Positions 39,472 through 47,576 of a stretch of DNA of 64,000 nucleotides are shown here, piece after piece. This DNA comes from Chloroflexota bacterium (GTDB taxonomy: Bacteria; Chloroflexota; UBA11872): assembly GCA_965263175.1 (NCBI GenBank), contig OZ253587.1, positions 2,889,032 to 2,953,031 on the forward strand. The letters are read 5' to 3'. The notes beneath the pieces are model-generated. The model had not been told where the DNA came from. It searched no databases and saw nothing but the letters and a program-made list of their open reading frames with translations. A program made the translations under genes and the position numbers. Position 1 is the first letter of the stretch. Every line of letters starts with the position of its first letter.

Positions 39472-40080
39472 TCAGGCTGACCCTACCATTAGCTGGCGAT
39501 AGCGATGGATGGTGTAGGGCCAGTGGTTGTGGCGTTGGGTGTTGCGGAAGTGGGTTTCGTGGCGCCAGAGGACTTGGCGCCAGTCGGGGCGGCGGGGTTG
39601 GACGCCGTGTTCGTGGATGAGATGCCAGACGATCTGTTCGAGGGTGATGCGGCGGGTTGGGAGGTGGAGGCGTGGGAATGGTCTCTCGCCGGTGTAATGC
39701 CGCGGGGTGGCGTGCACATGCAGGTGGCAGCGTGGATACCCGGACCGACTGTTCTGGTCAAAGTGATAGGCGAACACCGGGCACGGGTCGTCGTTATCGA
39801 CGCCAGCTTGGTACGTGAACGTGGCGGCCGTCGTTTCAAGGCGTTTCGAACTCCGGTTCACTTGCAGCGCAATTTCCAGGTTCAAATACATGCCATTGCT
39901 AAGCCGAACTGGCTGCCCGCGGTAGGAAGGCCAGGCAATACGGTGGCCGACGATCAACCTATCGGCACCGAACCATTCAGCTCCGAGGCTTACGTCCGCG
40001 ACCAACTTGGAGACCTCGCGAATGCGCTCCAGGAAGTCCCGGGCAGCCCGCCGGCTGCTAGGCCTCGCTCGGCTCGGCAA
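39472..40080 (-). CDS. Hypothetical ~200-aa basic, His-rich protein: component B, copy 1, of a tandemly duplicated two-gene module
   Basis: Conserved blocks DRLIVGHR, NGMYLN, GYPRxHLHVHATPRHYTGERPFPRLHLPTRRITLEQIVWHLIxEH. About 70% identical to 40305..40904. Confidence 0.6.
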   Translation of the reverse strand: MPSRARPSSRRAARDFLERIREVSKLVADVSLGAEWFGADRLIVGHRIAWPSYRGQPVRLSNGMYLNLEIALQVNRSSKRLETTAATFTYQAGVDNDDPCPVFAYHFDQNSRSGYPRCHLHVHATPRHYTGERPFPRLHLPTRRITLEQIVWHLIHEHGVQPRRPDWRQVLWRHETHFRNTQRHNHWPYTIHRYRQLMVGSA

Positions 40081-40291
40081 GGAGGAAGGCGAGATAGGTC
40101 AGGGAGCGAAATACTGCGTCGCCGTGGTATTGCTCCGGAGGATCACGGTAGATCGCGAGAAACTCATCGGCCGTCAGGCCGAAGTGCCGCTGCGCATCGC
40201 GGTCTAGCGCCTGCCGGACCTCTTCGCGCGTAACCATGACGTGTTCGTATTCGTCGGGCAACCAGTCGGGCCGCGTCTCGGTAGTTGGTAC
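40058..40291 (-). CDS. Hypothetical ~77-aa acidic protein: component A, copy 1. Probably a GTG start; it overlaps the downstream B gene.
   Basis: VVPTTETRPDWLPDEYEHVMVTREEVRQALDRDAQRHFGLTADEFLAIYRDPPEQYHGDAVFRSLTYLAFLLAEPSEA. Confidence 0.55.
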   Translation of the reverse strand, partial: VPTTETRPDWLPDEYEHVMVTREEVRQALDRDAQRHFGLTADEFLAIYRDPPEQYHGDAVFRSLTYLAFLLAEPSEA

Positions 40292-40304
40292 CACTCGCTG
40301 AGCC

Positions 40305-40904
40305 TTAGCTATTGGCCGGCGGGTCAAACGGCCGGTCATAAGGCCAAGGCCTGTTCTTTTGGATGTCGCGGAACCATCCCTCGTGGCGCCACAAGACCTG
40401 GCGCCAGTCGGGGCGGCGGGGTTGGACGCTGTGTTCCTGGATGAGATGCCAGACGATCTGTTCGAGGGTGATGCGGCGGGTTGGGAGGTGGAGGCGTGGA
40501 AATGGTCTCTCGCCGGTGTAATGCCGCGGGGTGGCGTGCACATGCAGATGGGAGCGTGGATACCCAGACTGAGAGTCCCGTTCATAGTGGTAGTCGAACA
40601 CCGGGCGCGGGTCGTCGAGGTCGGGGGCAGCCTGGTAGCTGAACGTGGCAGTCGTCGTTTTCAGGCGTACCGGGTTGTGGATCACCTGCAGCCCGATCTG
40701 AACGTTCAGGTACATCCCGTTGGTGAGCGGCGCCGGCTGGCTACGATACGAAGGCGGGGCCATGCGATGGCCCACGATCAACCGGTCAGGGCGCGTCCAC
40801 ACGTCGCCAAGTTCGGAAGGCACTACGACCTTATAGACCTCGCGAACGCGGTCCAGAAAGGCTTGAGCAGCCCGCTGGCTACTGCGTCTCGCTCGGCTCG
40901 GCAA
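40305..40904 (-). CDS. Hypothetical ~200-aa basic, His-rich protein: component B, copy 2
   Basis: Paralog of 39472..40080. Its start overlaps the end of the upstream small gene by 26 nt. Confidence 0.6.
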   Translation of the reverse strand: MPSRARRSSQRAAQAFLDRVREVYKVVVPSELGDVWTRPDRLIVGHRMAPPSYRSQPAPLTNGMYLNVQIGLQVIHNPVRLKTTTATFSYQAAPDLDDPRPVFDYHYERDSQSGYPRSHLHVHATPRHYTGERPFPRLHLPTRRITLEQIVWHLIQEHSVQPRRPDWRQVLWRHEGWFRDIQKNRPWPYDRPFDPPANS

Positions 40905-41118
40905 TGAGGAATGCGAGATAGGTCAGGGAGCGGAACACCGGGTCGCCATGGTACCGCTCCGGGGGATCGCGGTAGATCGCGAGAAACTCGTCGGCCGACA
41001 GGTCGAAGAGACGCCGAGATTCCTGGTCCAGCGCCTGCCAGACCTCTTCCCGCGTCAGTTCTACGTGTTCGTATTCATCGGGCAGCCACTCGGGCCGCGT
41101 CTCGACGGTTGTTGCCAT
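40879..41118 (-). CDS. Hypothetical 79-aa acidic protein: component A, copy 2
   Basis: MATTVETRPEWLPDEYEHVELTREEVWQALDQESRRLFDLSADEFLAIYRDPPERYHGDPVFRSLTYLAFLIAEPSETQ. Confidence 0.6.
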   Translation of the reverse strand: MATTVETRPEWLPDEYEHVELTREEVWQALDQESRRLFDLSADEFLAIYRDPPERYHGDPVFRSLTYLAFLIAEPSETQ

Positions 41119-41398
41119 TGGGTGTGCCTCGCTGTGCGTGGGTCAGGATAGCGTGGATGGGGGTGGTGCTGGGTTCCTCGCAAGGAGGAGGGCGGAAGGC
41201 GGGATTCCTCGGGGGACCTCGGAATGAAACAAGGGGCGTTTGAGAGGACTCGGGCGTCCTGGGAGCGGGCACCCACAAGGGGCGCCCCTACAGGAGCGTG
41301 TGCGCGGGCTGAGGGGCTGGACGGCGGGGACTAGAATTGGGGAGTGATGAGGTGGGCCGGTGGATGGTCTGGCCGGCGACTGATGGAGCTATGCCGCC

Positions 41399-43699
41399 AT
41401 GCCGAAGATTGAATCGACGCCGGAGCTGATTGAGGCCGCGTATGCCGCGATGCGGGAGCGGCTGGCGGTGGTGCGAGGGCGGCTGGGTCGGCCGCTGACG
41501 TTGACGGAGAAGGTGCTGTACGGGCATCTGGACGATCCGGCGGGTCAGGACCTGGTGGCGGGCGAGAGTTACCTGCAGTTGCGGCCGGACCGGGTGGCGA
41601 TGCAGGACGCGACGGCGCAGATGGCGCTGTTGCAGTTCATGCTGGCCGACCGAGCCAGCGCGGCGGCGCCGACGACGGTGCACTGCGATCACCTGATCCG
41701 CGCGTACAGCGGGGCGGACCCGGACTTGCAACAGGCGCTGCTGGAGAACAACGAGGTGTACGCCTTCCTGAAGAGCGTGTCGGCCAAACACGGGATCGGG
41801 TTCTGGGCGCCGGGATCGGGAATCATCCACCAGGTGGTGCTGGAGAACTACGCGTTTCCGGGCGGGCTGATGATCGGCACGGACTCGCACACGCCGAACG
41901 CCGGCGGGCTGGGGATGCTGGCCTGCGGCGTGGGCGGGGCGGACGCGGTGGACGTGATGGTGGACTTCCCGTGGGAGGTGCTGCACCCCAAGGGCATCGG
42001 CGTGCGCCTGACCGGGAAACTCTCGGGATGGACGGCGCCGAAGGACGTGATTCTGAAGGTGGCGGGCCTGCTGACCACCAGCGGCGGGACGAACCGGATC
42101 GTGGAGTACTTCGGTCCGGGCGCGGCTTCGCTGGCCTGCACGGGCAAGGCGACGATTACGAATATGGGCGCGGAACTGGGCGCCACGACCTCGGTGTTCG
42201 GATACGACGAGCGCATGGCGGCGTATCTACGGGCAACGGAGCGCGAGGATCTGGCGAGCCTGGCGGACGCGAACACGGACCTGCTAACGGCGGATCCGGA
42301 GGTGCTGGCCAAGCCGGAACAGTATTTCGAGCACGTGATCGAGATCGACCTGTCGGAGCTGGAACCGCACGTGGTGGGTCCGCACCGGCCGGACCTGGCG
42401 CGGCCGATTTCCGAGCTGGCCGGGGCGGCGGCGGCGGAGGGGTATCCGGACCAGATTTCGGCGGCGCTGGTGGGCAGCTGCACGAACTCGTCGTACGAAG
42501 ACATTTCGCGGGCGGCCGACCTGGCGCGGCAGGCGGCGGCGCGCGGGGTGAAGGCTCGGGTTCCCTTCCTTGTCACTCCGGGCTCGGAGATGGTGCGGGC
42601 GACGATCGAGCGCGACGGGCAGCTGAAGGACCTGGAATCCATCGGGGCGGTGGTGCTGGCCAACGCCTGCGGTCCGTGCATCGGGCAGTGGCGGCGGGAC
42701 GACATCACGCCGGCGCGCGAAGGCGACCCGCCGAAGCGCAACTCCATCGTCTCGTCCTTTAACCGCAACTTCCCGCGACGGAATGATGGCAGTCCAAACA
42801 CGTTTTCGTTCTTGACGAGTCCCGAAGTGGCGGTGGCGTTTGCGCTGGGCGGGCGGCTGTCGTCCGACCCGACGGCCGCGCCGGTGGGCGGGGACAACGG
42901 GGAGGCGTTCGTGCTGGCGCCGCCGAGGCCGGCGTTGGACATTCCGCCGGGCGGATTCATCGGTCAGCGGTTCGGTTACACGCCGCCGGCGGACAACCCG
43001 GACGCCGTGTCCGTGGCGATCGCCCCAGACAGCGATCGGCTGGAGGCGCTGGCGCCGTTCCCCGAGCGAACGGCGGAGCAGTTCCGCGACATGCCGGTGC
43101 TGCTGAAGGCGGAGGGGCAGTGCACGACCGACGCCATATCGCCGGCGGGTCGCTGGCTGACGTATCGGGGCCACCTGACGAATATCAGCGACAACATGTT
43201 CATTGGGGCCAACAACGCGTTCGCCGACGACGCGGGCGCGGGCTACAACGTGGAGACAGGCGAGGACGACGAGCCGCTGGCGGACATTGCCACCTATTAC
43301 CAGCAGCAGGGCATCACCTGGGTTGCGGTGGGCGACCAGAACTACGGCGAGGGCAGTAGCCGGGAGCACGCGGCGATGTCGCCGCGGCATACAGGCGGCG
43401 GCGCGATTATCGTGCGCAGCTTCGCCCGGATCCACGAGGCCAACCTGAAGAAGCAGGGGATGCTGCCGCTGACGTTTGACGATCCGGCCGACTTCGACCG
43501 CGTGGAGATAGACGACCGGATCACGCTTAGTGACGTTGGCGAACTGGAACCGGGCCGACCGGTGACGGCGACGCTGGAGCATTCGGACGGGTCGACGGCC
43601 ACGATTCGGCTCAACCACACGTTAAACGGGGACCAGATTCGCTGGTTCTGGGCCGGGTCGGCGCTTAATCTGATCCGCGCGGCGGGCGGTAGTGGGTAG
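41399..43699 (+). CDS. acn: Aconitate hydratase (mitochondrial-type/AcnA-like, ~766 aa)
   Basis: Aconitase family signatures: VAMQDATAQMALLQF, GTDSHTPNAGGLG, CGPCIGQW (Fe-S ligand), and the SRxxxxNxxK swivel domain. Confidence 0.9.
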   Translation: MPKIESTPELIEAAYAAMRERLAVVRGRLGRPLTLTEKVLYGHLDDPAGQDLVAGESYLQLRPDRVAMQDATAQMALLQFMLADRASAAAPTTVHCDHLIRAYSGADPDLQQALLENNEVYAFLKSVSAKHGIGFWAPGSGIIHQVVLENYAFPGGLMIGTDSHTPNAGGLGMLACGVGGADAVDVMVDFPWEVLHPKGIGVRLTGKLSGWTAPKDVILKVAGLLTTSGGTNRIVEYFGPGAASLACTGKATITNMGAELGATTSVFGYDERMAAYLRATEREDLASLADANTDLLTADPEVLAKPEQYFEHVIEIDLSELEPHVVGPHRPDLARPISELAGAAAAEGYPDQISAALVGSCTNSSYEDISRAADLARQAAARGVKARVPFLVTPGSEMVRATIERDGQLKDLESIGAVVLANACGPCIGQWRRDDITPAREGDPPKRNSIVSSFNRNFPRRNDGSPNTFSFLTSPEVAVAFALGGRLSSDPTAAPVGGDNGEAFVLAPPRPALDIPPGGFIGQRFGYTPPADNPDAVSVAIAPDSDRLEALAPFPERTAEQFRDMPVLLKAEGQCTTDAISPAGRWLTYRGHLTNISDNMFIGANNAFADDAGAGYNVETGEDDEPLADIATYYQQQGITWVAVGDQNYGEGSSREHAAMSPRHTGGGAIIVRSFARIHEANLKKQGMLPLTFDDPADFDRVEIDDRITLSDVGELEPGRPVTATLEHSDGSTATIRLNHTLNGDQIRWFWAGSALNLIRAAGGSG

Positions 43700-43794
43700 C
43701 TATGTTCTATGAGCGGCCAAGACCCTCGCGCCGACTCTCGTGTAGTCCGCAGTCTTTGGATGGTGCAGGGTGATAGGTCGCGGCCGGGCTTGGG

Positions 43795-43990
43795 TGCTGA
43801 GGGGTAGAGCCACCCTCACCCCAGCCCTCTCCCTCAAGGGAGAGGGAGAAAGAGACGTGCTTCGGAGCGGGTGGCCGCTGGGGCAGCGTCGACGCGGAGA
43901 GCGTCTAGAGCGGAAGACCGTCACCCCCGGATCGAGTCCGAAGCAGGCTCCAACCCTGTCCCACGGGGAGAGGGAGAAAGACGTACCACG
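43795..43990. repeat. Divergent MITE/REP-like copies; the palindrome is retained through compensatory changes
   Basis: ccaccctcaccccagccctctccctcaagggagagggagaaagag and ccaaccctgtcccacggggagagggagaaagacg. Confidence 0.75.
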
Positions 43991-43996
43991 GGTGAC

Positions 43997-45391
43997 ATGA
44001 GAGAGCCCCAGCACTACGACCTGGTGATCATTGGGACCGGTCCGGCCGGACGGCGGGCGGCGATTCAGGCCGCCAAGGCGGGCAAGCGGGTTGTAGCCAT
44101 TGACCGCCAGCGGTACATCGGCGGACAGGCCGTGCATCGGGGCACGATTCCGTCCAAGACCCTGCGTGAGGCCGTGATTCACGTGACCGGGGTGGAGCAG
44201 CGTGCGTTTTACGGCGCCGCCTACCGGGCGATGACCGACGTGACGATGGACGACTTGCTGCGCCGGACGGCGCAGGTGGTCCAGTCCGAGGTGGACGTGG
44301 TGCGGGACGGCTTCCTGCGAAACGACGTGGAGATGCTCAACGGCATCGCGCACTTCGAGGACCCGCACACCATTGCGGTGCATACCGAGAGTTCCATTCT
44401 GGAGCTAAGTGCTGACAAGGTCATCCTGGCCACGGGCTCGAGTCCGGCGCGGCCGCCGCACATCCCGTTCGACAAGAGGCGGGTGGTGGACAGCGACGGG
44501 ATCCTGGACCTGCACACGATTCCGAAGTCGATGACGATCGTGGGCGCCGGGGTGATCGGGACGGAGTACGCGAGCATTTTCGCCACGCTGGGCGTGGCCG
44601 TGACGCTGATTGACGGTCGCAAAAACCTGCTGGAGATGGTGGACGAGGAGATCGGCGAAGCGCTGAAGTACCGGATGCGGGAGGACGGCATCACGCTGCG
44701 CCTGGGCCACAACGTGTCCAAGGTGGAGTTCGACCCTCGGGGGCGACCGGTCACGGTGCTGGAAACCGGGGCCAAAGTGGTCAGCGACGTGGTGATGTAT
44801 TCGATTGGGCGTCGGGGCGCCACGGGCCTGCTGAACCTGGACGAGGTCGGTCTAAAGGCCGACGCGCGGGGGCGGCTGAAGGTGAACAAGTTCTTCCAAA
44901 CGGAGGTGGACCACATCTACGCGGCGGGAGACGTGATCGGACAGCCGGCGCTGGCCTCCACGTCGGCGGAGCAGGGGCGCCTGGCGGCGCGTCACGCCCT
45001 GGGCATGGACTGCCCGAACATCGACGACGAACTGCCCATCGGGATTTTCACGATTCCCGAGATCGCGTTGATCGGAAAGACCGAAGAGCAGCTGACCAGC
45101 GCCGGGGCGGCCTACGAGAGCGGTGTGGCCCGCTACAAGGAGATTGCGCGCGGGGCGATCATTGGCGACGACTTCGGGATCCTGAAGCTGCTGTTCGATC
45201 CCGACACGCGCAAGATTCTGGGCGTGCACATCTTCGGCAGCCAGGCGAGCGAACTGCTGCACATCGGGCAGGCCGTGATGCAGTTGAATGGGACGATCGA
45301 CTACTTCGTGGAGACGATCTTCAACTACCCGACGTTCGCCGAGGCGTACAAGGTGGCGGGGTTGAACGGGGTGAACAAGCTGCTGCGGTAG
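43997..45391 (+). CDS. FAD-dependent pyridine nucleotide-disulfide oxidoreductase; soluble transhydrogenase (SthA)-like or dihydrolipoamide dehydrogenase family
   Basis: FAD motif DLVIIGTGPAG, NAD motif IVGAGVIGTEYA, C-terminal dimerisation domain. No redox-active CxxxxC pair, which fits SthA-like. Confidence 0.75.
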   Translation: MREPQHYDLVIIGTGPAGRRAAIQAAKAGKRVVAIDRQRYIGGQAVHRGTIPSKTLREAVIHVTGVEQRAFYGAAYRAMTDVTMDDLLRRTAQVVQSEVDVVRDGFLRNDVEMLNGIAHFEDPHTIAVHTESSILELSADKVILATGSSPARPPHIPFDKRRVVDSDGILDLHTIPKSMTIVGAGVIGTEYASIFATLGVAVTLIDGRKNLLEMVDEEIGEALKYRMREDGITLRLGHNVSKVEFDPRGRPVTVLETGAKVVSDVVMYSIGRRGATGLLNLDEVGLKADARGRLKVNKFFQTEVDHIYAAGDVIGQPALASTSAEQGRLAARHALGMDCPNIDDELPIGIFTIPEIALIGKTEEQLTSAGAAYESGVARYKEIARGAIIGDDFGILKLLFDPDTRKILGVHIFGSQASELLHIGQAVMQLNGTIDYFVETIFNYPTFAEAYKVAGLNGVNKLLR

Positions 45392-45466
45392 CCGGAAAAC
45401 GCCTGGTTCCAGCGGCGTCCGGTGGCACTATGGGCGGGTTAAGGTTTTCGTCGAGGTCACACCGTC

Positions 45467-46528
45467 ATGCCGGAGACGGTCGACGCGCCCGATGATGAAC
45501 GCCGCCGCATCCTGACCGGGCTACGGCCCTCAGGCCCCTCGCACGTGGGGCACTACGCCGGCGCGTTCTCGCAGTGGCTGGAGTTGCAGGACGAGTACGA
45601 GTCGTTTTTCCTGCTGGCCGACTACCAGGTCTCCGACTACGCGGACAATCTGCCCTGGATCCGCTGGGGTCTCTGGGAAGTGACGCTGGACTGGCTGGGC
45701 GTGGGGCTGGACCCGAACATCTCGCACTTCGTGATCGAGAGCGGGGTGCCCGAGTTTGCCGAGTTGACGCTGCACCTGAGCTGGTTCCTGGGGCTGGGTC
45801 ACTTGCAGCGCAATCCGACGCTGAAGGCCGAACTGGCGAGCCTGGAATCGACCAACAAGACGGTGCCGGTGGCTTTTTTCAACTATCCGGTGATGCAGAT
45901 CTCCAACATCCTGCTGCCGCTGGCGCACCTGGTTCCGGTGGGTGAGGATCAGCTACCGCACATCGAGATGACGCGGGACGTAGCGATTCGCTTCAACCGG
46001 CGGTTTGGGGAGACGTTTGTGGTTCCCGAGGGTCGGGTTGGCGAGGTGCCGCGGCTGGTGGGGATCGACGGCAAAGGAAAGATGGGGACATCAGCGGGGA
46101 ATGCGATTTTCCTGAAAGACTCCGAGGAGACGCTGCGGGCCAAGGTGCGGAGCATGTTCACGGATCCCAAGCGCCTGCGCGCTACCGACCCGGGCACCGT
46201 GGAAGGCAACCCGGTGTTCATGTACCACGACGCCTTCAACCCGAACACGGACGAAGTGGACGACCTGAAAGCGCGCTATCGGGTGGGCAGAGTCGGCGAC
46301 GTGGAGGTAAAGGACCGGCTGTTCAGAGCGATGAACGCTTTCCTTACGCCGATCCGGGAGCGGCGGGCCGACTGGGAAGCGCGGCCGGATGACGTGCGGG
46401 ACGTGCTGGCAGCCGGAACGGCCGAGACGAAGCGTCGGGCCGAGCCGCTGCTGGAGCAGGTACGAGGGGCGCTGGGCCTGGACTATCTGAATGACGGTCC
46501 GGCGCCGGCGCCGGAGGGCGCGCCGTAG
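45467..46528 (+). CDS. trpS: Tryptophan--tRNA ligase
   Basis: Class I aaRS: GLRPSGPSHVGHYAG (HIGH region), KMGTSAGNAIFL (KMSKS), length ~350 aa. Confidence 0.85.
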   Translation: MPETVDAPDDERRRILTGLRPSGPSHVGHYAGAFSQWLELQDEYESFFLLADYQVSDYADNLPWIRWGLWEVTLDWLGVGLDPNISHFVIESGVPEFAELTLHLSWFLGLGHLQRNPTLKAELASLESTNKTVPVAFFNYPVMQISNILLPLAHLVPVGEDQLPHIEMTRDVAIRFNRRFGETFVVPEGRVGEVPRLVGIDGKGKMGTSAGNAIFLKDSEETLRAKVRSMFTDPKRLRATDPGTVEGNPVFMYHDAFNPNTDEVDDLKARYRVGRVGDVEVKDRLFRAMNAFLTPIRERRADWEARPDDVRDVLAAGTAETKRRAEPLLEQVRGALGLDYLNDGPAPAPEGAP

Positions 46529-46613
46529 GGCTGATGCAGGCCGGCTCCAGCTTTCGCGGAGGATCAAGCTGACCGCTAATACGCGGCCCGACTGGGCCAG
46601 GCGGGGCGGTCCG

Positions 46614-47102
46614 GTGACTCGGGCCGCCAAGCAGTTGCCGGACGGTGCGCTGCCGTCGTGGGCGTGGATTCGGCCGCTGGCACTGGCGGCGGTTCGCCAT
46701 GGGTCGCGCGTGCTGGTGCAGGACTATGCGGCAACCGGCGGCGGGCCCGGATACCGGCCGTTGGGCGGCGCCGTGGACCGTGGCGAGCGCGCCGAGGACG
46801 CGGTGGTGCGTGAGATCCAGGAAGAGTTGGGCGCGGAGATTCAGAACGTGCGGCTGCTTGGAGTACTGGAGAACATTTTTAGGAAGAACAACGCTGAGTG
46901 GCACGAGATCGTGTTCATGTTCGAGGCGAAGTTCGTGGATGCGTCGCTGGAAGCGGCAGAGCGGCTGGTGGGCATGGAGACGGACGGTGATCGGATCGAG
47001 GCCATCTGGCTCGACGTTTCGAAGCCGCCGGACTTGCCGCTGTATCCGGACGGGCTGCTGGAGCTGCTGCGGGCGCGGCTGGCTGAGGAGGCTAGTCGGT
47101 GA
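46614..47102 (+). CDS. NUDIX hydrolase; start uncertain (GTG 46614 or TTG 46635)
   Basis: Nudix box GGAVDRGERAEDAVVREIQEELGAEI. The listed ORF start 46491 overlaps trpS and is unlikely. Confidence 0.7.
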   Translation: MTRAAKQLPDGALPSWAWIRPLALAAVRHGSRVLVQDYAATGGGPGYRPLGGAVDRGERAEDAVVREIQEELGAEIQNVRLLGVLENIFRKNNAEWHEIVFMFEAKFVDASLEAAERLVGMETDGDRIEAIWLDVSKPPDLPLYPDGLLELLRARLAEEASR

Positions 47103-47108
47103 CCCGAA

Positions 47109-47576
47109 GTGGATGATCTGGTGGAGTCTGAAGAGCTGCCGTCATACGCCGGGATCCGGCCGCTGGCGCTGGCGGTGTTCCGGGACGGCTCGCGCATCCT
47201 GGTGGAAGACAGTGCGGCGTGGGACCGGCGCGACTGGTTCTACCGTCCGCCAGGCGGCGGGGTTGAATTTGGCGAACGTGCCATCGACGCCGTGCGGCGT
47301 GAGATGCGCGAGGAGTTCAACGCCGAAATCAGGGACGTCCGGCTGCTGGGCACGCTCGAGAACATTTTTGAGTATCACGGTCAACAAGGCCACGAGGTCG
47401 TGTTCGTCTTCGACGTGCGGTTTGCAGACGCTTCCAACTACGCAGCCGAACGGATGGTGGGTACGGAGGGCGGCGACATTCGGATCGAGGCCATTTGGAT
47501 CGATGTGTCGAAGCCGCTGGATCGGCCGTTGTATCCGGATGGGTTGGTGGAGTTGCTGAGGCGATCCGATGGCTAA
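47109..47576 (+). CDS. NUDIX hydrolase; tandem paralog of the preceding gene
   Basis: Nudix box GGGVEFGERAIDAVRREMREEFNAEI. About 50% identical to its neighbour. Confidence 0.8.
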   Translation: MDDLVESEELPSYAGIRPLALAVFRDGSRILVEDSAAWDRRDWFYRPPGGGVEFGERAIDAVRREMREEFNAEIRDVRLLGTLENIFEYHGQQGHEVVFVFDVRFADASNYAAERMVGTEGGDIRIEAIWIDVSKPLDRPLYPDGLVELLRRSDG

